Shown here: positions 29,115 to 37,642 of the stretch, in pieces
Layout of the letters: each line of letters starts with the position of its first letter
How positions within the stretch are numbered: position 1 is the first letter of the stretch
From: Phycisphaerales bacterium
Lineage (GTDB): Bacteria; Planctomycetota; Phycisphaerae; WQYP01
Reading direction: 5' to 3'
Length of the DNA stretch: 44,067 bases
Assembly (NCBI GenBank): GCA_027451365.1
Contig: DAIDJN010000076.1
Coordinates: forward strand, 1 to 44,067
Program-made: the position numbers and the translations under genes
Notes under the pieces: generated by a model
The model's input: only the letters and a program-made list of their open reading frames with translations
Told to the model about the DNA's origin: nothing
Databases searched by the model: none

Positions 29115-29495
29115 ATGGTAACGAAAACAAAAAAACTGACGCTGCAGGACATCGCCATTATCTATCATTCCCCAGAGGATGAAAGCTGGATCGCCCATAG
29201 TATTCACACGGACCAGATCGGGCTTGGACTCACACCCGTAGATGCCTTGGCCGAACTGATGCGCATTGTAGATAAACTGCTCCATCTGGCCGCCGAAGAC
29301 AGCACAATCAGCCTGCTGCGTAAGGCGCCCGACGAGGTGATTGAAATCGTCAAGGCGGCCAAACCATTCCCTATTGAGTGGGTTGAAGTCGCGCATAAAA
29401 AGGCCCATGGAACCTGGCCGAGCAGCGCCCGCAGCGATACCGTTGATTCGCAAAATACGGATGCCTATACCGCGGCGCTATCCGAGGCGGTTTAG
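29115..29495 (+). CDS. HicB-like antitoxin
   Basis: IIYHSPEDESWIAHSIHTDQIGLGLTPVDALAELMRIV matches the HicB partial RNase H pattern (xEDgxyxA...GxTxxEAxxxl); small acidic protein upstream of a small basic one. Confidence 0.6.
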   Translation: MVTKTKKLTLQDIAIIYHSPEDESWIAHSIHTDQIGLGLTPVDALAELMRIVDKLLHLAAEDSTISLLRKAPDEVIEIVKAAKPFPIEWVEVAHKKAHGTWPSSARSDTVDSQNTDAYTAALSEAV

Positions 29496-29498
29496 ACG

Positions 29499-29750
29499 AT
29501 GGGGCAACCGGCAATTAAATGGGGATCAGTTGAGCGATATTTCATGATTCGCGGATATGAGATACGGCATTCAGGTGGCGATAAGATTATCATCGCTCCG
29601 AAAGATGGCAATCCTTTACGAAACCGACAGTCGGTGCTGATCGGCCATAACTATTCCGATAGAAAAGGTGATCTGCTCGCGCCGGGGCACTTGGCAAAAA
29701 TCCGGCGGGCCTTTGGCGTGACCCGGGAAGACATCCTCAATGATCGGTGA
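29499..29750 (+). CDS. HicA-like toxin (dsRBD-like fold)
   Basis: 83 aa, basic; helix, then GYEIRHSGGDKIII, VLIGH and DLLAPGHLAKIRRAFGVT, following the HicA layout; 3 nt after the antitoxin-like gene. Confidence 0.6.
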   Translation: MGQPAIKWGSVERYFMIRGYEIRHSGGDKIIIAPKDGNPLRNRQSVLIGHNYSDRKGDLLAPGHLAKIRRAFGVTREDILNDR

Positions 29751-30019
29751 CAGATCGGTTTTTTTTCCATCTCCCATTATGATTGTCCAACCGATTTCTG
29801 AGCCGGGCCGCGTCGCATATATTTCAGGCCCAAACCATGGTCATATAACATCCGCAACCACGCGCCAATAACCACTCTGGCGATTATGGGCCACATTTCC
29901 CCAATAAAATATCCGGAATTTCCTAGGTTTTACTAAAGTTTGATATACAATAATATCCAGAGCGAGGAAACAGTCCCGAGGCGTAGCGCACGGGGCGGTT
30001 AGGTTTACGGGAGAGGTTT

Positions 30020-30553
30020 ATGAGCATGTCTTATCTGATTGGAAAGTTGCGTCCAAATATTCAGGTCCGTACCAGTGATACACCGATACTGATCGCCGGA
30101 TTGTTTGTCCTGGTCGGAATGGTCTGCTGGATTCACAATAAAGATTCCAGTGCCCGGGCGTTAACCGTTACCCGCATCAACTTAGTCACGCTGCAAGGCT
30201 GCCTGCGGCAATATGAAACCACGGGTCTGCCCGCGCCGCGCATTGTTGCGGGGAAGCCAGCCATTTACAGCTTTCTGTCCAGCTATCAGCAGGCGTTTGC
30301 TCATCAAAATGGTACGGGGCAATGGCGTTGCAGTTCCGACCCATTGTCTTACCTGCAAAAATCCACCCTGGTAAAAGGCTGGATACCCATGCCCCAAGGT
30401 GGTCGTCTATGGGGAGTGGTGATGGTGAAAGATGGTTTCGGCCATCCGATCCGCTACCTTCATAGCACGAAATTGACCTGGCGGGCACCTTGTTTCGCGG
30501 CAAAACTTCCCGCAGTTGCCGGCCGGGTGGTGACACTGTATTCGGTTCGCTGA
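30020..30553 (+). CDS. Pilin-like paralogue lacking the prepilin cleavage motif
   Basis: Upstream GGAGAGG; one TM segment; aligns by eye with 28264-28944 (FLSSYQQAFAHQNGTGQW vs FLAAYQRMHAYQITGGGW; GVVMVKDGFGHPIRY vs GVCEVLDGFGDPIQY). Confidence 0.75.
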   Translation: MSMSYLIGKLRPNIQVRTSDTPILIAGLFVLVGMVCWIHNKDSSARALTVTRINLVTLQGCLRQYETTGLPAPRIVAGKPAIYSFLSSYQQAFAHQNGTGQWRCSSDPLSYLQKSTLVKGWIPMPQGGRLWGVVMVKDGFGHPIRYLHSTKLTWRAPCFAAKLPAVAGRVVTLYSVR

Positions 30554-30786
30554 CTATTAATCAGCGCAGTTTAACGCGGACGTCCACCCGTATTTAAGCC
30601 AGCCCATAAGAGTGCCGGACCGCATCCCGAAGGTTCACAATTCGGTCCGGCGCTTCAGGGCGGTAAATCTGCCCGTTTTGGGATTCCATGTGGGTCATTG
30701 TGCATGTTTCGAGAAATTTCCTCGCCTGGGCTATAATGCTCCTCGGAAGTTGAGTCCCCGGCCTTTGACAAGGAAGGTTTTTCATC

Positions 30787-33711
30787 GTGACGCATTCGCT
30801 TAAATCCCAATCGCCCAACCGCACCGTTGAAACCAGCCAGAATTCACGCCTTTTAAATCCGGAAAGCTATTTTCCCAGGCGGCATATCGGTCCGTCAGAA
30901 GCGGATGTCGCCGAAATGCTCGCCCTGCTTGGCGCAGCCTCATTAGATGAACTCTCGTCGCGCACCGTGCCTGCCGCTATTGCCGCCAAAGAACTTCCCG
31001 ACATTCCCGCCGCGGTGGATGAATATGCCATGCTGCATCAGTTGTCCATGATGGGCGCGCGAAATCATCCGATGCGTTCATTTATCGGCATGGGTTATCA
31101 CGGCTGTATTACCGCGCCCGTCATTCGGCGGAATATTCTGGAAAATCCCGGATGGTATACCCAATACACCCCCTATCAGGCGGAAATAGCCCAGGGCAGG
31201 CTCGAAGCACTGCTGAATTTTCAAACCATGGTCGCCGATCTGACCGCGCTGCCTATGGCGAATGCCTCACTTCTGGATGAACCAACTGCCGCCGCGGAAG
31301 CCATGAGCATGTGCCGCTCGCTTACGGACCCGGCTAAAACCACCTTCTTTATTTCCCAGGATTGTCACCCCCAGACGATTGCCGTGGTTCAACAGCGCGC
31401 CGCGGGCCTTGGAATTGTCTGCACTGTCGGACACGCACAGGCCGCGTTCAGCCAAGCGGGGAACTATTTCGGCCTGCTTCTGCAGTACCCTACCACCCGC
31501 GGCACAATCATCAATTATGCGAACTTAGTGGATCAGGCTCATAAGTCCGGCGCGCTGGTTGTTGTCGCGGCGGATATTCTGGCTCTTACTCTGCTTAAAC
31601 CGCCGGGCGAATTTGGTGCTGATATTGCCGTCGGTTCCACCCAGCGGCTCGGCATGCCCATGGGATTTGGCGGTCCCCATGCAGCATTCATGGCCACCCG
31701 GCGGGAATTTGCGCGCAAAATGCCCGGTCGAATCGTGGGTGTTTCACGGGATTCACAGGGGAAGCCGGCGCTGCGCCTGGCGATTCAAACGCGCGAACAG
31801 CATATTAAACGCGAAAAAGCCACCAGCAACATCTGCACCGCCCAGGTACTGCCCGCAGTGGTTGCGGCGATGCACGGCATTTACCACGGTGCATCAGGTC
31901 TGCGTGCAATTGCCCGGCGTATTCATGGCTGGGCGGCCGTGTTGGCTGCAGGCCTGGTAGAACTTGGGCATCAACCGGACGGGGGCGATTTTTTTGACAC
32001 ATTGTGCATCACACCCGCCGCCGGAGATTCCGCCCGCCGGATTCTGGCCGATGCGGTCGCGGCAGGCGTAAACCTGCGACTGATTGAAACCAACCAGATC
32101 GGCATTTCAATTGATGAATTAACCACATCCGAAGATATCGGCGCAATCCTTCATATCTTTTCGCGTCATCGGCCATTGCCGTTTACACTTGACAGTCTGA
32201 TTCAGGGCGTTGCCATCAACTATCCGGTTGGCATGGCGCGGGAATCGGAATTTATGACCCATCCGGTTTTCAACAGTTATCAAAGCGAAACAGACATGCA
32301 GCGGTATATGCGACGGCTGGAATCGCGCGATTTATCCCTTACCACTTCCATGATTCCCCTTGGGTCATGCACCATGAAGCTCAACGCCGCCGCGGAAATG
32401 CTGCCCATTACCTGGCGGTGCTGGGCGGACATGCACCCGTTTGCACCGGCCGCACAAACCGGCGGTTATCAATTGCTGTTTGATGAAATGGAATCCGCCC
32501 TTTGCCAGATCACGGGTTTCGCGGCCGTTTCACTTCAGCCCAACGCCGGTTCACAGGGTGAATATGCGGGCCTGATGGTGATCCGCGCCTATCATCAGTC
32601 GCGTGGGCACAGCCATCGAGACATTTGCCTGATTCCACAATCCGCCCATGGCACCAATCCCGCCAGCGCAGTGGTTGCTGGCATGAAGGTGGTGGTAGTA
32701 GCATGCCGCGAAAATGGTGATGTGAACATTGACGACTTGCGTGCCAAAGCACAAGAACATCAGAACGATCTGGCCGCCCTTATGGTCACCTATCCTTCCA
32801 CCCATGGCGTTTTCGAAGAAGGTATTACGGAAATCTGTTCTATTGTGCACGCCCATGGCGGACAGGTTTATATGGATGGAGCCAATATGAATGCGATGGT
32901 CGGCCTCTGCCGGCCTGCGGATATTGGTGCGGATGTCTGCCATTTGAATCTGCATAAAACATTCTGCATCCCCCATGGAGGTGGCGGACCGGGCATGGGT
33001 CCCATCGCTGTAGCCGCTCATCTGAAGCCCTATCTGCCCGGACACCCGGTCCCCGGTGAAGGTGGCCACGACGCCATAGGACCGGTCAGCGCCGCATCCC
33101 ATGGGAGCGCCTTAATCCTAACCATCCCATGGGCGTATATCCGCATGATGGGTGCCCAGGGCCTGCGCCGCGCCACGCAGGTGGCGATTCTAAATGCCAA
33201 TTACATGGCCCGCCGCCTGGCAGGTCACTATCCGGTACTTTTTCGCGGGAAAAGCGGCTTTTGCGCTCATGAATTTATTATTGACGCCCGTGCATTTGAG
33301 GCTTCTGCCGGCATTCGCGTGGAAGACATTGCCAAACGCCTGATGGATTTCGGCTTTCACGCCCCCACCGTTTCCTGGCCCGAACCCGGCACGCTTATGA
33401 TTGAGCCAACCGAAAGCGAATCGCGCGCTGAACTTGACCGGTTTTGTGATGCACTGATCGCCATTCGCGCGGAAATTGCCGCCATTGAACAGGGCAAAAT
33501 GGATCGCACAGACAACCCGCTTAAAAATGCCCCGCACACCGCTGAGCAGGTTTCGGCGGATCAATGGCACCACGCCTATAGCCGACAACAGGCCGCATGG
33601 CCGCTGGATTCACTGCGGGATCATAAATTCTGGCCCGCCGTAGGAAGGATTGACAACCCCTACGGAGACCGCAATCTGGTCTGTTCCTGCCCGCCGGTCT
33701 CGCCGTCTTAG
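30787..33711 (+). CDS. gcvP: Glycine dehydrogenase (decarboxylating), glycine cleavage P protein, single-chain form
   Basis: [62 protein letters not shown] (PLP lysine), [14 protein letters not shown] start with upstream AGGAAGG; TATAAT at 30732. Confidence 0.97.
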   Translation: MTHSLKSQSPNRTVETSQNSRLLNPESYFPRRHIGPSEADVAEMLALLGAASLDELSSRTVPAAIAAKELPDIPAAVDEYAMLHQLSMMGARNHPMRSFIGMGYHGCITAPVIRRNILENPGWYTQYTPYQAEIAQGRLEALLNFQTMVADLTALPMANASLLDEPTAAAEAMSMCRSLTDPAKTTFFISQDCHPQTIAVVQQRAAGLGIVCTVGHAQAAFSQAGNYFGLLLQYPTTRGTIINYANLVDQAHKSGALVVVAADILALTLLKPPGEFGADIAVGSTQRLGMPMGFGGPHAAFMATRREFARKMPGRIVGVSRDSQGKPALRLAIQTREQHIKREKATSNICTAQVLPAVVAAMHGIYHGASGLRAIARRIHGWAAVLAAGLVELGHQPDGGDFFDTLCITPAAGDSARRILADAVAAGVNLRLIETNQIGISIDELTTSEDIGAILHIFSRHRPLPFTLDSLIQGVAINYPVGMARESEFMTHPVFNSYQSETDMQRYMRRLESRDLSLTTSMIPLGSCTMKLNAAAEMLPITWRCWADMHPFAPAAQTGGYQLLFDEMESALCQITGFAAVSLQPNAGSQGEYAGLMVIRAYHQSRGHSHRDICLIPQSAHGTNPASAVVAGMKVVVVACRENGDVNIDDLRAKAQEHQNDLAALMVTYPSTHGVFEEGITEICSIVHAHGGQVYMDGANMNAMVGLCRPADIGADVCHLNLHKTFCIPHGGGGPGMGPIAVAAHLKPYLPGHPVPGEGGHDAIGPVSAASHGSALILTIPWAYIRMMGAQGLRRATQVAILNANYMARRLAGHYPVLFRGKSGFCAHEFIIDARAFEASAGIRVEDIAKRLMDFGFHAPTVSWPEPGTLMIEPTESESRAELDRFCDALIAIRAEIAAIEQGKMDRTDNPLKNAPHTAEQVSADQWHHAYSRQQAAWPLDSLRDHKFWPAVGRIDNPYGDRNLVCSCPPVSPS

Positions 33712-33967
33712 GATAGTGTGAATGATGTGCCGCCCCAGCCGGGCCAGTCGGGGTGCTTTTCACCAGGCACAAACTCGCGTGATCAGATCCTGCCGCATCT
33801 GTAAAAGCCGTTGCCTCATTTAATTTGTTTTGTCGCAGGATGACCGGCAGGTCGCGTCTGCAGGAAAATCGTCGGCCACGTAAAATGGTGTGCCGTTAGT
33901 TATCGGGAATTTGGAATTAGGCTTTTCGGCCGCGCCGTCATCAGCGTATAAGCGTTTTTTTCATAGC

Positions 33968-34005
33968 TTGACAAGGCTTCCGAAATACCTAACATATACC
34001 TAACA
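33968..34005 (+). promoter_or_regulatory. imuA promoter overlapped by a direct-repeat operator candidate
   Basis: TTGACA (33968-33973)-N16-TAACAT; perfect repeat ATACCTAACA at 33985-33994 and 33996-34005. Confidence 0.6.
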
Positions 34006-34065
34006 AATGGCTTGCCAAACCTCTTTTTTTTGCGGCTTGCCGTTGCATCTAAAAGGTGCGGGAAC

Positions 34066-34986
34066 ATGCGGCCAACAGGCGGATTAACTTTCAAGCAGTT
34101 GCGGGCATTGTATGGCCACACCGGGCAACAATGGGCGCCCGATACCGCTTCTACAAATACCGAATATGCAGACCCATCCTTGCGCGCCTTTCCCACTCCG
34201 CCCGGCGAATTGCCGACCTGTTCGCCGGCAGTTGCGGTGGCTTCGCCAGTTGCGGCGCTGCTTTCCAGTGAATGCCTGCAATCGGGTATTCATGAATGGT
34301 TTTATGATATGACCGCGACCACCGGCATGCCTGATGCACCATCCACTGGCGAATCCGCGGATGCGGTTCCAGAGTGGGGCGGACGGGGTGAAGAACTGAG
34401 TCATCAATCAAAAAGAAGCCCCCTATCGCGGCCCATGAGTCAAAGTCATATTCCATTTTTCGCGCCCTTAACCCTGTTCACCTGGCTGGGTGGCAGGTTG
34501 TGTGTCCGCACCCAGCGTCGTTATCTGTTTTGGATCGGCCCGGTCTGTCGACCAAGTATTTACATTCTTTCAGCCGGCCTGGGCATACCGGATTGGCAGG
34601 ACCGATGCATTTTTGTTGATCCGGCGGATGACGACCAGCGTTTCTGGGTGCTGGATCAGGCCCTGCGTTGCCCGGTGGCCGCCGCAGTGATGGCAGATGG
34701 TTCCGCCTGCACCATGGCCACAAGCCGCCGCCTTCAGTTGGCGGCACAAGCCGGTGGTGGGCATGCGTTGTTTGTGCGGCCCGTCCGGGAGCTAAGCCAG
34801 CCATCACTTGCGGCAACCCGCTGGCTGGTGCAGCCGCACCCCACACCCACGGCCGACCCGCATTGGCGCGTTTTTCTGCAGCGGGCCAAACCGGCTCTGG
34901 CTGGCATTCCGACGGGCACCGCATCGGTCATCCGGTGGCGATACAGCCGAAAACAGGCCGTCGGTCGGCTGATTCCCGCCGATTAA
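34066..34986 (+). CDS. imuA: ImuA-like protein (inactive RecA/SulA fold, SOS mutagenesis accessory)
   Basis: GIHEW, LFWIGP, WVLDQALRCPVAAAV, SRRLQLAAQAGG, SLAATRWLVQP, WRVFLQRAK; no Walker A. Start uncertain (34012 or 34066). Confidence 0.8.
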   Translation: MRPTGGLTFKQLRALYGHTGQQWAPDTASTNTEYADPSLRAFPTPPGELPTCSPAVAVASPVAALLSSECLQSGIHEWFYDMTATTGMPDAPSTGESADAVPEWGGRGEELSHQSKRSPLSRPMSQSHIPFFAPLTLFTWLGGRLCVRTQRRYLFWIGPVCRPSIYILSAGLGIPDWQDRCIFVDPADDDQRFWVLDQALRCPVAAAVMADGSACTMATSRRLQLAAQAGGGHALFVRPVRELSQPSLAATRWLVQPHPTPTADPHWRVFLQRAKPALAGIPTGTASVIRWRYSRKQAVGRLIPAD

Positions 34987-35043
34987 GCCCGTCGGCTGAA
35001 GCGGGCGCTTTGCATTCCGGCCAATATGCGGGATACTTGAATC

Positions 35044-35586
35044 ATGCGGTGGATTACTTTTTTTCTTCTGCTCTATCTGGCAACCGCGCTGCAGGCTGCG
35101 CATTTAGCGCAATGGAGCGAAGTCGGATATTTCCATCTGGAATATCTGGTGCTGCTGGCTATTTTCTACGCACTGTTCGCGGAAGAAGATTCCGCCATTC
35201 TGGCTGGCTTCTGGTGCGGCCTGGTGTATGACCTGACCAGCCAGTCTCTTCTGGGTTCCGAAGCCCTTATGCTGGGGCTGATAGCCCTGGGCCTGGTGAA
35301 AATCCGCAAGCACATTTTCCGCAACAACGCGCTTAGCCAGATTGTCATGACTTTTCTGGCCGTCATTATTTTTCTGGTCGGGCGGACGGCGATTGATTCC
35401 GGCGTTTCCTGGGCCTTCGGCCAGCCGGGCGTCGCGATAAGTCCCGTGCTGTTCGCCGGCGTCACGTTCAGCAGCGCGGTGTATACCGCGGTGATTGCCC
35501 CACTGATGTTCCGATTGATTTTTCTGCTTGGCCCGCTGCTTGGTTTTGAGGCCCCGCACCACCGGGGCATTTCCGCAAGCCGGTAA
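35044..35586 (+). CDS. mreD: Rod shape-determining protein MreD
   Basis: 180-aa polytopic membrane protein with LLAIFYAL, AILAGFWCGLVYDL, LGSEAL and AVYTAVIAP, the usual MreD pattern. Confidence 0.8.
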   Translation: MRWITFFLLLYLATALQAAHLAQWSEVGYFHLEYLVLLAIFYALFAEEDSAILAGFWCGLVYDLTSQSLLGSEALMLGLIALGLVKIRKHIFRNNALSQIVMTFLAVIIFLVGRTAIDSGVSWAFGQPGVAISPVLFAGVTFSSAVYTAVIAPLMFRLIFLLGPLLGFEAPHHRGISASR

Positions 35587-35736
35587 GTGTGCTGACCGTT
35601 AACGGCGGCTGTCCGTCTTTGGGCCAGCGACGCGGGCCACGGCTGCCAAAATTGTCTGCGAATGTTAGACTATGCCATCAACCGGAATGCGTTGAGCGTC
35701 CGGAACCTACAATTTACGTGCCACGTTGGAGTCGCC

Positions 35737-36807
35737 ATGATAACCGGTCTAACAATTCAAGATTTTCGTGGAATCGGCTGGGGCCGGCTTGACAACCTGA
35801 CTCCGCTGGTCATATTGGTTGGCCCCAATGGCTGCGGAAAAAGCACCGTGCTTGATGCGCTTCTGCTGGGAGCAAGCAAGGACCCGCTAAACCAGGTAAA
35901 TGTCGTTTTGGACAGGCAGGAGCCGATCAAAAGAACCAATGCGGCTGGGCACAATCAAACAGGCAGTCAGGCTAATAAAACATGGCTTTTTCATAAGGGC
36001 TCGGCTCAGTTTTCCATTATTCAAGTATCCACGAAAAGTCGCGCCCCTTCCGCGCCATCGCCTCTTGCGATCAGCGGCCGGGCAGTCGTGAATGACGGAT
36101 CGATGATGGTGCGAACCACCCAACTCAAACCGGGGGGTGGGGCTGACGAGAATATCGCCATCCAATACTCCAACGCGGTCCCGCTACGCGATATCCCGTT
36201 TGCGCAGGCGGACGCCTTCCCAACTGGCTTGTTGAAGCCCTTTCCCGATATCAGGGACATCCGGCTGGTGGATACCGCGCCGCGGTATCGGCCTGAAACC
36301 ATTGAAGACCTATATTCCCGAGCTACGCGCCAAGGATTAAACAAAGATATTAAAAATCAGGCTCTCGAATTATTAAAAACCGCCGAAAACATCGAAATAC
36401 TTACCGAAAGCAATCAGCCTGTTTTGCATATCACTTATCCTGGCTATTCCGTTCCAGTAGCGCTGGCAGGCGAGGGAACCAGGCTTTACCTTCGGCAAAG
36501 TCTGGAACTTGCCGCGCCAGCCGACACCACCATCCTGATGGAAGAACCGGAAGCTCATTTGAATATTCGCACAATGAAATTCAGCGCCAAGGCTCTTTTC
36601 GCGGCCACCCGTCGCCAAATCCAAATTATTCTTACCACACATAGTCTGGAATTTATTGATGAACTTATCGCTGCCGCTGAGCCAGAAGATTTACCCAAAA
36701 TTTCGCTTTTCCGCCTAAAATTAAAAAATGGAACACTTATCAATTCCCGTTTCTCGGGAGAACAGGTGGTTACGGCGCGTGAACTTCTGCAGGAAGACCT
36801 GCGATGA
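35737..36807 (+). CDS. ABC-type (AAA_15/AAA_21-like) ATPase
   Basis: MITGLTIQDFRGI start with upstream GGAG, Walker A GPNGCGKS, signature-like AGEGT, Walker B/D-loop ILMEEPEAHL, H-switch TTHS; no TM segments. Confidence 0.9.
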   Translation: MITGLTIQDFRGIGWGRLDNLTPLVILVGPNGCGKSTVLDALLLGASKDPLNQVNVVLDRQEPIKRTNAAGHNQTGSQANKTWLFHKGSAQFSIIQVSTKSRAPSAPSPLAISGRAVVNDGSMMVRTTQLKPGGGADENIAIQYSNAVPLRDIPFAQADAFPTGLLKPFPDIRDIRLVDTAPRYRPETIEDLYSRATRQGLNKDIKNQALELLKTAENIEILTESNQPVLHITYPGYSVPVALAGEGTRLYLRQSLELAAPADTTILMEEPEAHLNIRTMKFSAKALFAATRRQIQIILTTHSLEFIDELIAAAEPEDLPKISLFRLKLKNGTLINSRFSGEQVVTARELLQEDLR

Positions 36808-37580
36808 GCGATTGGCGCGAGAATCCGGACAATATTATCCTTTGCGAGGGCTACCACGACAGGGCTTTCTGGAGTGGATTTCTGCTAAAATCCGGCTGTC
36901 AGGATTATCGCAATGGGCAGCGGATGGCGACGACCGCCGCGCCGGTAAATCTCAAGGGAAAATATACATTTATATCGCCGGACGGTAGCAGGCTCATAAC
37001 TGTCCAGCCATGCCAAGGTAAAACGCAAATCTGGAAAGCCCTTGCTTATTTTCTATCTAATCTGGCGATCGAGCCCAAACAGCGTATCTTTGTCTCATTG
37101 GATGATGACCACGACGCAGTCGCGGAGAGTTATGCCCCGTCCTCGGGCTGCCAGCCGTTGGAGGCTTTTCTAGCCAATCAGTTTGCCGGAAAATTCTCAA
37201 TTAAAGGAGGCGCATGCCTTTTCAAACCACAAGATTCTCTACATCCATATATCTCTATAATTAATTGGGCGTCAGCCGAGCCGGCAAATGACAATCTTCC
37301 CGGCAAACAAACTCTTGAGCGGCTGGTGTGTGCCGCCCTGAATCTAGCCTATCCCGATCGCGCTATTTCCGTTAAACACTTCCTGGATTCCCGAGGCGAC
37401 GGTGCGCCTGCGGCTGGCGTCAAGGAATTTGCATATTCGCACGTTGCCGGTTGGTTTGCCGATGAGGGAATCGAGGGATTTTACCGATCCATTTGGTCGA
37501 AAGATCGCATTTATTCCTTTCTGGAAGACGAATTGAAAAAGATTAAGATATGGGACACCATGCATTTGGCTATGCGGTAA
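36804..37580 (+). CDS. TOPRIM-like putative nuclease (DUF3226/DUF4435-like)
   Basis: ATGA overlap with the ATPase stop; IILCEGYHD (EGxxD), GK turn, VSLDDD (DxD), QTLERL. Confidence 0.7.
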   Translation: MSDWRENPDNIILCEGYHDRAFWSGFLLKSGCQDYRNGQRMATTAAPVNLKGKYTFISPDGSRLITVQPCQGKTQIWKALAYFLSNLAIEPKQRIFVSLDDDHDAVAESYAPSSGCQPLEAFLANQFAGKFSIKGGACLFKPQDSLHPYISIINWASAEPANDNLPGKQTLERLVCAALNLAYPDRAISVKHFLDSRGDGAPAAGVKEFAYSHVAGWFADEGIEGFYRSIWSKDRIYSFLEDELKKIKIWDTMHLAMR

Positions 37581-37642
37581 GCGGATTGGGCGTCCAATGC
37601 CCGGCACGACTGGACGCCTAAATTACCCGGAGCGGTTGACAT

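Noticed and set aside
30608..30660. Glycine riboswitch upstream of gcvP
   Set aside because: CCGAAG and TTCAGG-like words occur, but inside a simple inverted repeat (GTGCCGGACCG/CGGTCCGGCGC) with no GGAGA element. The likely gcvP -10 (TATAAT at 30732) lies downstream of it.
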